Position numbers and translations under genes: made by a program. Positions 29,321-37,838 of a DNA stretch of 64,000 nt are shown piece by piece; positions within the stretch are counted from its first letter, which is position 1, and each line of letters begins with the position of its first letter. The notes under the pieces were generated by a model, which saw only the letters and a program-made list of their open reading frames with translations, was not told the origin of the DNA and made no database searches. The DNA is from Pseudomonadales bacterium (lineage in GTDB: Bacteria; Patescibacteriota; Microgenomatia; UBA1400; PJMF01), in the NCBI GenBank assembly GCA_020632255.1, contig JACKFX010000002.1:18905-82904 (forward strand). The letters run 5' to 3'.

Positions 29321-30372
29321 GCAACAGAAATCTCTTCAGTAAGATACACATCCTGCACTGCCTGCAAGATTCTGACACCCTCAGCAAACGGCTTCTTAAA
29401 GACTTTGCGTCCCATGATCAAACCTGATCCTCCACCACGTTTATTAATAACCGCAGTGCGAACGGCTTCGGCTATATCGCTGTCGCCACCTTTAGACTCG
29501 CCGCCTGAGTTGATTAAACCAATCTTACCCATATAGCTATGAGCTAATTGATACCGAACTAAATCAATTGGATTGTCTGAAGTTAACAAGTCATACATTT
29601 CATCAGAGTACTTGCTAAAGTCGAGAGCTTGAAAACCGTGAAGTGGTGTCGGCAATTTTTGCTTAACAATGTCTGCCTCTATTGTCACACCAATGTGGAT
29701 TGCCTGTGAGGTAATATCAACTGCAGTTGTATAGTCTGTTTCGCCTTCTTTATAGTTTGGGTTACGTGGATAACACCAGAGAATAGTAAACATACCCAAC
29801 TCATGAGCACGTTTAAACTTACGACTGACTTCGATAATTTGGCGATGGGATTCGTCTGAGCCAAAATAAATAGTAGCCCCCACACCTGCTGCTCCCATCT
29901 CGGCAGCCTGATCAACAGTGGCAAACATCAACTGGTCCGCCTTAGCTGGATGAGTCAAATGCTCACTATGATTTAACTTCACAATAAATGGAATTTTATC
30001 TGCATAACGTTTGGCATGAAGCCCCAGTATTCCGAGAGTTGATGCAACTCCATTACAACCGCCTTCAAGAGACATTTTGATAATATTTTCAGGATCAAAA
30101 TAAATAGGATTGTTATAAAAAGAGTAGGCTCCTGTGTGTTCCATGCCTTGATCAACCGGAAAGATAGAAAGATATCCCGTACCTGCTAATCGACCATGAT
30201 TGTAAAGCCGCTCCAAATTAGCAATCACAGCATCTGATCGATCTGACTCACTAAAGATCTCTCTAACGTGATTCCCACTCGTTTGATGGATGACTTCTTT
30301 CGGAATACGCTCACATCGATGACCCAACAATGCCTGTGCCTCATCACCTAATAATTGAGAAATATCATTCAT
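29317..30372 (-). CDS. fbaB: class I fructose-bisphosphate aldolase (FbaB/DhnA type)
   Basis: Near-colinear with E. coli FbaB: MNDISQLLGDEAQALLGHRC..GRLAGTGYLSIFPVDQG..IPFIVKLNH..VGATIYFGS..GADIVKQK..DLVRYQL. Start set at the Met matching the FbaB N-terminus. Confidence 0.85.
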   Translation of the reverse strand: MNDISQLLGDEAQALLGHRCERIPKEVIHQTSGNHVREIFSESDRSDAVIANLERLYNHGRLAGTGYLSIFPVDQGMEHTGAYSFYNNPIYFDPENIIKMSLEGGCNGVASTLGILGLHAKRYADKIPFIVKLNHSEHLTHPAKADQLMFATVDQAAEMGAAGVGATIYFGSDESHRQIIEVSRKFKRAHELGMFTILWCYPRNPNYKEGETDYTTAVDITSQAIHIGVTIEADIVKQKLPTPLHGFQALDFSKYSDEMYDLLTSDNPIDLVRYQLAHSYMGKIGLINSGGESKGGDSDIAEAVRTAVINKRGGGSGLIMGRKVFKKPFAEGVRILQAVQDVYLTEEISVA

Positions 30373-30470
30373 TGATAACATATAATTCCGTAAAACTTCT
30401 GTACCGAGCAGGTAATCTATAGTACTATGAATAGTGTAACAAATGTCATGAATATACAAAAGTCTGTCTA

Positions 30471-32126
30471 ATGAATACAACTATATCAAAACAACATCCC
30501 ATTGCCTATTTATGTGCCGAATACGGCGTCGCTACCGAACTTCCCATCTATGCGGGCGGGCTTGGGGTCCTTGCTGGAGACACAGTCAAAGCCGCTGCCG
30601 ATATGGCCATGCCCTTTGTAGCTGTTGGGTTACTGTATCGTGGACATGGAGTAGTACAGCACCTCTCTCCTGAAGGACTCCAAACTGAGGGTGACTACTA
30701 CTTTGATCCGCTCGAAAATGGCCTCGAGCATGTCTATGTTGATGAAGAACCCCTTTTTATTAAAGTTCACTTAACTGAACTAGACGTTTGGCTTCGCGTC
30801 TGGAGAAAAGATTTGGATAATGGGGTATCACTTTACTTGCTGGATAGTGAAACTGACCAGAATGAGTTGGTTGAGCGCGATATTACTCAGGTTTTATACT
30901 CTGGAACCCAAGAAAACTTGATCAAACAGCAACTCATCTTAGGAATCGGTGGCGTAAAACTCTTCTCCAAACTAGGAATAACTCCAAGTGTCTATCACAT
31001 CAATGAGGGTCGACCAGCATTCGCTCACTGGCAACTTATCCGCATGTACATGGATGATCACGGTATGAATTATGAAGAAGCAAAAGAAGCTGCTATCGAA
31101 AAAACAGTCTATACTAACCACACCCTTGTGGCAGCAGGCAACCAATCCTACCCTCCTGAGCTCATCAAAATGTACAGCAAGTACTACGCTAACAAAATGG
31201 GAATTAGCAATGACACCTTAATCGAGTCTGGTCTAGAAGAAAACGGTCAGTTTTCTGTTACTCGATTTGCGCTTAACACTTCAAGAAAAGCCAATGGTGT
31301 CAGCTCACTCCACACTGAACTTTCGAAGAAACTTTGGCCACAATACAACTGGGTCAACATAACCAATGGAGTGCATCGTGGAACATGGCAACACCCTGAC
31401 ATTCAAAAAAACTTTCACGACAACGAAAAACTCTGGAATACTCATATGGCACTTAAAAAAGAAACCATGCAGTTTATTCAAAAACAAACAGGCTTTGGAT
31501 ATGATGAACGAAAACTTGTGCTTGGCTGGGCACGAAGACTGGCCGGTTATAAGCAGTTGCCAATACTCTTTAGCGATCTAGCTCGCATTAAAGCACTCCT
31601 TCAAAATGAGCAACGTCCAGTACAGTTACTTATTTCTGGAAAAGCTCATATGGGGGACACTGCTGGGAAGCAAATGCTTCAAGAGGTTATTGAGCTTTTT
31701 AGCACTGAGTTAGCCGGGTCTGCTCTCTTTGTCCCTAACTACAACATTGAAGTTGCCCAACACCTTACCAGAGGTGTAGACGTCTGGCTCAACACGCCAG
31801 AACTTGGAAAAGAAGCTTGTGGTACCAGTGGTATGAAAGCCACCTTAAATGGTGTACCAAACTGTACCGTAGCCGACGGCTGGGCAGAGGAAGTTCGTTG
31901 GGATGGCACACAAGGCTGGCAGCTTGATCACATTGATACAGCTAACTCACTCTATACTCTCCTCGAACAAACTATCGTACCCAAATACTACTCTAGAAAT
32001 ACTCATGGAATCCCTGTAGAGTGGACTTCTGTTATGAAGAACGCCATTCGTCTTGGCGAAGAGTACACTGGTGAACGCATGCTTAACCAGTACGCTGACA
32101 GACTCTATGTAAAAACTTTTGACTAA
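30471..32126 (+). CDS. glgP: alpha-glucan (glycogen/maltodextrin) phosphorylase, short GT35 form
   Basis: IAYLCAEYG..LPIYAGGLGVLAGD, and a ..TSGMKATLNG.. segment at the position of the TNGK PLP-lysine block. Confidence 0.85.
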   Translation: MNTTISKQHPIAYLCAEYGVATELPIYAGGLGVLAGDTVKAAADMAMPFVAVGLLYRGHGVVQHLSPEGLQTEGDYYFDPLENGLEHVYVDEEPLFIKVHLTELDVWLRVWRKDLDNGVSLYLLDSETDQNELVERDITQVLYSGTQENLIKQQLILGIGGVKLFSKLGITPSVYHINEGRPAFAHWQLIRMYMDDHGMNYEEAKEAAIEKTVYTNHTLVAAGNQSYPPELIKMYSKYYANKMGISNDTLIESGLEENGQFSVTRFALNTSRKANGVSSLHTELSKKLWPQYNWVNITNGVHRGTWQHPDIQKNFHDNEKLWNTHMALKKETMQFIQKQTGFGYDERKLVLGWARRLAGYKQLPILFSDLARIKALLQNEQRPVQLLISGKAHMGDTAGKQMLQEVIELFSTELAGSALFVPNYNIEVAQHLTRGVDVWLNTPELGKEACGTSGMKATLNGVPNCTVADGWAEEVRWDGTQGWQLDHIDTANSLYTLLEQTIVPKYYSRNTHGIPVEWTSVMKNAIRLGEEYTGERMLNQYADRLYVKTFD

Positions 32127-32143
32127 TGTCTTAGAAGTAGGCT

Positions 32144-32449
32144 ATGCCGCAACCAAAATTTAAAAAATACTACGAATTGATGATAACTCAAAATAAAAAA
32201 ATGTTTGATGACTTCAAAAAAGTTCATGATGCTTTTGCACTCGATGCGACAAAACATCAGAAAACCTTTCACCAAGAAGGGCGTGACGTTTTGGACATGA
32301 TTCGCTTTTGGGAGCGTAAGCTCTGTTCTGGTATGGAAAAAGGCACAAATAGCCAATACTCAAGTAAATTAGCTGAAAAATTCTGGGGTGAAGTCCGCAA
32401 AAACTACGAACTAATCGATCAAGTTGGAGTTGAAGTAACCAAAAAATAA
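32144..32449 (+). CDS. hypothetical protein
   Basis: 101-aa basic protein, no family recognised. Confidence 0.4.
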   Translation: MPQPKFKKYYELMITQNKKMFDDFKKVHDAFALDATKHQKTFHQEGRDVLDMIRFWERKLCSGMEKGTNSQYSSKLAEKFWGEVRKNYELIDQVGVEVTKK

Positions 32450-32452
32450 CGT

Positions 32453-34120
32453 ATGGATATCTTTATTGAGCTCAGCTTAATTATTACCATCACTACCCTG
32501 GTTGCATTCATCATGAAGCAACTCAAACAACCATTAGTGGTTGGCTATATTTTGAGTGGTTTGCTGTTAGGTCCAATGTTTTTAAATATCTTGCACTCGA
32601 CAGAAGTCATTGAAATTTTCTCCAAACTTGGCATCTCCATATTGCTCTTTATAGTTGGTCTTCACATGAGTCCTCGGGTTATTAAAGAAGTCGGGTCTGT
32701 TTCATTAGTAACGGGTATTGGCCAAGTGCTGTTTACTTCTTTAGTTGGATTTGGAATTGCTATTTTCTTGGGACTAACCACAACAGCTGCCTTGTACGTT
32801 TCCATTGCGCTTACATTTAGCAGTACTATCATTATCCTCAAACTGCTCTCGGATAAAAATGAAGTTCATAGCTTGTATGGAAAAATTGCCGTCGGACTAC
32901 TATTAGTGCAAGACGTCATTGCCACATTGATTTTAATTGTGGTTTCTTCGATTGCAGGCGCTGAAGGAACTTCAGTTCCCTTTGTACTGTTAACAACCCT
33001 TCTCAAAGGTGGTTTTATTGTGATTGTTATAACCCTGCTTGAAAGGTTACTGCTTCCCAAACTCTTAAAATCTGCCTCAGATAACTCAGAGCTACTATTT
33101 ATTTTTTCGCTCACATGGGGACTGGGCTTTGCCGCACTTTTCTATGCACTTGGTCTATCTGTTGAAATTGGGGCCCTCATTAGCGGTGTTGTCCTTTCAT
33201 CCTCTCCCTATGCCGAAGAAATAAGCTCACGCCTCCGCCCTCTTCGTGATTTTTTCATTGTGATGTTCTTCGTGCTACTTGGTTCAACTATGACTTTCAC
33301 TGCAGGAACTAGCATTTTGGTCCCTGTTATAGTCTTGTCTCTCTTTGTACTGGTGGGAAATCCTATTATTGTGATTCTCATCATGAACTTGCTTGGATAC
33401 CACAAAAAAACTGGCTTCCAAACCGGTCTCACTGTTGCTCAAATTAGTGAGTTTAGTCTGATTTTGGCCACGCTAGGCTTCAATATTGGCCATATCGATA
33501 CTCAAGTCTTGACTATTATTACTTTGGTTGGCTTAATAACTATCGCTGGCTCTACCTATTTAATTCTTTACTCCGAAGCCATTTATACCCATATTGAAAA
33601 ATACCTGAGATTCCTTGAACTACGTAAAAACAATCAAGCCGCTACCGGAAAATACGCTAAAGTAGATAGCTTTATTTTTGGCTTCAACCGAGTTGGAGAT
33701 ACTTTTATGGATATCTTTAAGGAAATGGGCTACTCAGTTGGTGTAGTTGATTTTGACCCAAATACACTGGATCGTTTACCAAAAACTGGAGTTAAATACT
33801 ATTATGGTGATGCACAGGATGTTGAATTTTTAAGCGAATTACCCTTAAGTACAATTAAATTTGTGGTCTCATCAATCAAAGATGTTGAAACCAATGCAAC
33901 CTTAGTAAAACATCTTCGTGATCACACCAATCACCCCATTATCATCGTCTTTGCCGAAACACCCGAGGACGCTCAAACACTCTATGACGTTGGTAGCAGC
34001 TACGTTGTGTTACCTCACTTTATTGGGGCAGAATCGACAGCTTCATTTATTCGCCGTGTAGGATATTCAAAAAAGAGTTTCACCCGTAAACGTGAGCAAA
34101 TCCTCAAGGAGTGGGCTTAA
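32453..34120 (+). CDS. cation:proton antiporter (CPA2/KefB-like) with C-terminal RCK/TrkA-N domain
   Basis: About 12 TM helices of the Na_H_exchanger type, then a soluble domain with the ..IFGFNRVG.. Rossmann-like motif. Confidence 0.8.
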   Translation: MDIFIELSLIITITTLVAFIMKQLKQPLVVGYILSGLLLGPMFLNILHSTEVIEIFSKLGISILLFIVGLHMSPRVIKEVGSVSLVTGIGQVLFTSLVGFGIAIFLGLTTTAALYVSIALTFSSTIIILKLLSDKNEVHSLYGKIAVGLLLVQDVIATLILIVVSSIAGAEGTSVPFVLLTTLLKGGFIVIVITLLERLLLPKLLKSASDNSELLFIFSLTWGLGFAALFYALGLSVEIGALISGVVLSSSPYAEEISSRLRPLRDFFIVMFFVLLGSTMTFTAGTSILVPVIVLSLFVLVGNPIIVILIMNLLGYHKKTGFQTGLTVAQISEFSLILATLGFNIGHIDTQVLTIITLVGLITIAGSTYLILYSEAIYTHIEKYLRFLELRKNNQAATGKYAKVDSFIFGFNRVGDTFMDIFKEMGYSVGVVDFDPNTLDRLPKTGVKYYYGDAQDVEFLSELPLSTIKFVVSSIKDVETNATLVKHLRDHTNHPIIIVFAETPEDAQTLYDVGSSYVVLPHFIGAESTASFIRRVGYSKKSFTRKREQILKEWA

Positions 34121-34182
34121 CAAGTTGCTCTTCTGTGGTACACTATACGCACAATGTGACACTCTCGTCGCACCATTAACAA

Positions 34183-34253
34183 TCCCGAATAGTGAAGTGG
34201 CATCACAGCAGTTTCTGGCACTGCTATCCTAGGTTCGAATCCTAGTTCGGGAT
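34183..34253 (+). tRNA. tRNA-Gln (anticodon CUG)
   Basis: Hand fold: acceptor stem TCCCGAA/TTCGGGA (7 bp, U1-A72), D stem GTGA/TCAC, anticodon stem GCAGT/ACTGC with loop TTCTGGC (U33, anticodon CTG, G37), T stem CTAGG/CCTAG with loop TTCGAAT. No encoded CCA. Confidence 0.8.
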
Positions 34254-34308
34254 CACTTCAAGACTCTAACTAGGACGGTTGAAACCTCAAGTCTGCTATA
34301 ATTTAAAC

Positions 34309-34944
34309 ATGGATATAGAAAAATTTCAGAAACTTGATTCAAAAAGAGCTAGCAATATTTCATTAAGCAATCAACATAGTTTATCAGGAGGTGTAGAGGG
34401 TGCCGTTTCTCATGGCACCGCACGTCTTCATAAAAACGAATCTAGTCGTATCGTTGGCTCCATGATAACTAAAAAAATTACTGTTGTAGCAGAACTTCCT
34501 GAAACAAGCTATACAGAAATTCGTAAAAAGCACTCTTGGCTAAAAAAAAGAGGCTTCCCTGTCGTCCCAACAATTCGTATTAATGAAAAACATACTACAT
34601 TACTAATGACAGATGTAACTCAAGGTGGCAGACTCATTCTTATTGATAAACATACACCGCTTTCAAAACAAAATATAGAAATATTAAATTTAGAGCTGAT
34701 ACATAGTCAGTTGCGAGCAATGGCGCTCAGCTCATTTAATGAAGGTAATGGTGTTGTTCTTGGATCAGATAGCTTTGCACTAGTGTACGATCCTTACAAT
34801 AAAATAGCTGAGATTATTCTTGTGGATATTGGTAGAGGTACATATATTGTCGGAAATTATAAAGCCAAAGGACGAAAGCATGATATCTCCGAAAACCTAG
34901 TTAAAAGACTTGCTGAACACGCTATTAAAACCCACTTCAGTTAA
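34309..34944 (+). CDS. hypothetical small protein-kinase-like fold protein (Bud32/RIO/Kdo-kinase-sized)
   Basis: 212 aa with a Gly-rich loop LSGGVEGAVSHG, a catalytic-loop-like DSFALVYDPYN and a DFG-like LVDIGRG. Assignment from motif spacing only. Confidence 0.45.
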   Translation: MDIEKFQKLDSKRASNISLSNQHSLSGGVEGAVSHGTARLHKNESSRIVGSMITKKITVVAELPETSYTEIRKKHSWLKKRGFPVVPTIRINEKHTTLLMTDVTQGGRLILIDKHTPLSKQNIEILNLELIHSQLRAMALSSFNEGNGVVLGSDSFALVYDPYNKIAEIILVDIGRGTYIVGNYKAKGRKHDISENLVKRLAEHAIKTHFS

Positions 34945-34960
34945 TTTGCTATCATAAATA

Positions 34961-35022
34961 GAGGTTCCAACATAATACACCAGTGTGATCACCTCAAGAC
35001 TCTAACTAGGACGGTCAGAACC
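34961..35022 (+). repeat. composite intergenic repeat (R-a + R-b) between cassette ORFs
   Basis: R-a (GAGGTTCCAACATAATACACCAGTGTGATCA) recurs at about 35271-35301, 35746-35777 and, degenerate, 37263-37290. R-b (CCTCAAGACTCTAACTAGGACGGTCAGAACC) recurs at about 34254-34286 immediately after the tRNA. The unit ends are inverted (AGGTTC...GAACCT). Confidence 0.55.
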
Positions 35023-35043
35023 TATCTGATATACTTCTAATAT

Positions 35044-35271
35044 ATGAAAAAAGTTATTTTATTATCCGTATTAATCTTAATACTATTAGCTAGCTACATA
35101 TCATATAGAATTTCAAAATCTAAGACTGAATGCCCTCTAAATTGTAATTTGCAATTTGACAGTGACATATGTAAAGAAGGTCAAATAGGCTGCGCATATG
35201 ATGCCTGTATAGCACAATGCGATTTAACTTGCATACACATTCCATTAGTTAAAGATGTTGTGTGCTTTTAA
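35044..35271 (+). CDS. small secreted cysteine-rich protein (signal peptide + roughly 48-aa 8-Cys domain)
   Basis: MKKVILLSVLILILLASYISY (signal/TM) followed by ...ECPLNCNLQFDSDICKEGQIGCAYDACIAQCDLTCIHIPLVKDVVCF. Flanked on both sides by R-a repeats. Confidence 0.45.
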   Translation: MKKVILLSVLILILLASYISYRISKSKTECPLNCNLQFDSDICKEGQIGCAYDACIAQCDLTCIHIPLVKDVVCF

Positions 35272-35337
35272 GGTTCCAACATAGTACACCAGTGTGATCA
35301 TTTTTAAATATATCTGTATATATAAATCTAATGTTTA

Positions 35338-35727
35338 TTAACCTTGATAGGGCTCAGCTACGATTAGAGCGATCTCATCTACTATGATATAGTTATCGTA
35401 AGGATTATTGTTATCAAGTAATCCCATGCCACTTAACTCTTGTAAAAGATCTTGTAAAAATTTCTCTGAACTTGGTGATGACGGATTTGATGCTGAAAAT
35501 AATGACATAGCTGTTTGAGTTCCTATCAGGATTGATTTTCTTTTTTCAATTTCGCTATCTTGATACTTATGCCCATAAGCTATATCTAAAGATCTTTTAG
35601 CTCTTTCTAATTCCATAACAAGACGTAAAAATCCCCAGCCCTTTTCTGATCTAATAATTGTTTCTGAGGTCTTTAGAATAAATTCTAAAAGTGTTGGTGT
35701 TTGAGAAACTTTTTCTTTTGTAGACAT
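35338..35727 (-). CDS. hypothetical protein
   Basis: 129-aa ORF on the opposite strand inside the islet. Confidence 0.35.
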   Translation of the reverse strand: MSTKEKVSQTPTLLEFILKTSETIIRSEKGWGFLRLVMELERAKRSLDIAYGHKYQDSEIEKRKSILIGTQTAMSLFSASNPSSPSSEKFLQDLLQELSGMGLLDNNNPYDNYIIVDEIALIVAEPYQG

Positions 35728-35912
35728 TCTCGAATTATGTCATATAGAGGTTCTAACATCGCATAATAGTGTAATCAGTCCAAATATAGCTTTATATATC
35801 AATCTATTTTTCTACATACTTTTATATCACAGTAGTTCGGTTCAATTTCTAGTTTGGAACAGGTTCTGAAATGATATAATTGTAAGATTAAATTTTGATT
35901 GGACAAATTATT

Positions 35913-36530
35913 ATGAAAAATAAAAAAGAAATTTTAAACGTCCCAAGTTTAAGAGTAGAAGTTTGGAGCCCAAATCTTACTCAAAGTCAAATAGATAAAA
36001 TTAAATTACCTTTTAGATTACCATTGGTTTTAACAGATGAAGTGATGAATGATATTAGAAGAATGTCTGAAATGGATACAGATGAATTTGGAAATAGATA
36101 TGGAATGAATTATAATGAAGCAGCGGAATACGTAGTTTATAATTTAAACTCTGTTGTTTGTGTATTAAGAGATGAAATGACTGGTGTAATAGAAGGATTT
36201 ACGATAGCAATACCAGCACGTGATGCATACCAATACAACGACGTTTATTCTGATCGTACTCATGAAAATAACATTGCTTATGTTGTTTCTACAGTAATTG
36301 ACCCAAAGTTAAGAGGACTAAAATTGGTAGGCAAATTAATGCAAAAATTAGAGAAAACGTTGAAATCAAAAGGGTATCGGTTTATAGATAGAGATGCAAG
36401 GGATGTGGACCTCGATGGACTTGGAAGTTATGCGGATAAGATCATAAAAAATGCTGGTAAAAAAGTTGTTATTAATCAGAAATTCGATACGCCACTTGGT
36501 CCTCAAAGATATATACGAACTAGAATTTAG
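35913..36530 (+). CDS. GNAT-family acetyltransferase-like protein
   Basis: ...YVVSTVIDPKLRGLKLVGKLMQKLEKTLKSKGYRFI fits GNAT motif A (R-x-x-G-x-G/A). ATG at 35913 preferred over the TTG at 35895. Its stop overlaps a TAGTTCGGG copy of the tRNA-derived core. Confidence 0.45.
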   Translation: MKNKKEILNVPSLRVEVWSPNLTQSQIDKIKLPFRLPLVLTDEVMNDIRRMSEMDTDEFGNRYGMNYNEAAEYVVYNLNSVVCVLRDEMTGVIEGFTIAIPARDAYQYNDVYSDRTHENNIAYVVSTVIDPKLRGLKLVGKLMQKLEKTLKSKGYRFIDRDARDVDLDGLGSYADKIIKNAGKKVVINQKFDTPLGPQRYIRTRI

Positions 36531-36561
36531 TTCGGGTTTGTAGGTAAACATTTACAATAAT

Positions 36562-36591
36562 AGGTTCGAATAGCGTCTACGTACGGGATCA
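36562..36591 (+). repeat. degenerate tRNA-3'-end-like repeat R5 (second copy at about 37306-37336)
   Basis: AGGTTCGAATAGCGTCTACGTACGGGATCA versus GGGTTCAAATACTGCTCACGTACGGGATTTA share a T-loop-like GGTTCRAAT and ACGTACGGGAT. Confidence 0.5.
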
Positions 36592-36860
36592 TACAAAAAA
36601 TATACCCATTAGGGTATTTTTTGTAAATTCTGGATCGTAGGTGCGAAGAGTCGTGCCAGCAAGAAGTGAGCGCCTGCAAACTTCCTGCTTAGTGCATGCG
36701 AGCTTCCTTACGTAGATGAAAAATTGCAGCGAGTCGTGAATCCTAGTTCGGGATCTTATGAAATATAAATTTATATATCAATCTAATTTATATATTTCCA
36801 AATTTTCATTTTTTATATATAATTGTATACATTTAGTAAAAATGTGAGAGAGATTAATAT

Positions 36861-37253
36861 ATGGACAACGAAGAAAGAACTGAATTTAGTTTTATCGAAA
36901 CTTTGCAAAATATTCTTCCAAAGGATTTCATATGTCAAGTGGCTTTTAAAACAAGCGACCATCATGGATATCAAGGCAATAGAACTGAAGTTGCTCTTAC
37001 AGAACGAGCTATTATTGCATTTAAATTAGATCCTTTAGGAGAGATAGAATCAGACTATCCAGGGTATTCTGCAACACGATTGGAATATTTGGTAATTGCA
37101 CCTCAAGAAAATGATTTGAACTCATTAGCAAGAGTAGTTGAGAAAAGGAATGAATCATCTGCTGCTGGCGGAGGAGTGCATCTTTATGTTGTTGGCAAAA
37201 TTGATCAGAGCGGTAATTTCACTGCTATAAATGATGGTGAGGTTTTATACTAG
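36861..37253 (+). CDS. hypothetical protein
   Basis: 130-aa ORF followed by an R-a-like repeat. Confidence 0.35.
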   Translation: MDNEERTEFSFIETLQNILPKDFICQVAFKTSDHHGYQGNRTEVALTERAIIAFKLDPLGEIESDYPGYSATRLEYLVIAPQENDLNSLARVVEKRNESSAAGGGVHLYVVGKIDQSGNFTAINDGEVLY

Positions 37254-37444
37254 CCTTTTTCAAAGTTCAACATTATAAACCATTATTACAATTCACTCAA
37301 GGAGTGGGTTCAAATACTGCTCACGTACGGGATTTAATAATATTTATAATTGATGTATCAATATAATATTCAAAAGTACTTCATATTACTGTTGAAAAAA
37401 GTCCATTCTGGTAAGACGTTTCGACCTGTTATACTTTTTGTACT

Positions 37445-37654
37445 ATGGACGTATCTAAATTATTAGCATCACATAAAATAGTATTTGAAAAATTAAATCT
37501 CCAAGCCCCCGAGCTATTGGGTAATGGTATGGAGGGTTTTGTATATACTGTGTCGGACAATAAAATTTTAAAAATATGGAGAGATACTCATTGTAAACGA
37601 AATCATCTATCAGAGAGAAAAAAATTATACGAAATTGTCGGAAAACAACTTTGA
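37445..37654 (+). pseudogene. truncated paralog (N-terminal about 69 aa) of the kinase-like gene at 34309..34944
   Basis: MDVSKLL...LGNGMEGFVYTV..ILKIW aligns with MDIEKFQ...LSGGVEGAVSHG of the intact copy. The ORF stops after the beta3-lysine region. Confidence 0.35.
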
Positions 37655-37838
37655 AGTTTTTCTGGAAAATACTCAGCTGGGATCACAGGTTCTGTATCGA
37701 ACATATTCTCATCATACGTAACTACAGTGCATAAAACAACTCTATGCTTTTTGCTTAAGGAAGTTCTATCCATCAGTTCTCGTCTAAACAAACCAAGCTC
37801 CCACTTTTCAGAGTTCCAATTTTTGATACTATACCAGT

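Larger units (their letters stand above)
34254..36755 (+). mobile_element. putative integrated islet at the tRNA-Gln 3' end, bounded by an 18-nt direct repeat of the tRNA 3' end
   Basis: GAATCCTAGTTCGGGATC occurs at the tRNA 3' end (about 34237-34254) and again at about 36738-36755. Partial core copies (TAGTTCGG[G]) lie at about 35833 and 36528. AT-rich content, small cassette-like ORFs, no integrase in the window. Confidence 0.4.

Noticed and set aside
34961-35022. Canonical integron attC site
   Set aside because: The ends are inverted (AGGTTC/GAACCT) but do not fit the RYYYAAC / GTTRRRY core consensus cleanly, and I could not find convincing internal L'/L'' pairing by eye. Kept only as 'attC-reminiscent'.
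36640-36757. A second tRNA(-like) gene ending in ...GAATCCTAGTTCGGGATC
   Set aside because: The sequence upstream of the shared 18-mer cannot be folded into T, anticodon or D arms, and there is no acceptor 5' strand. It is interpreted as an att-like direct repeat of the tRNA-Gln 3' end.
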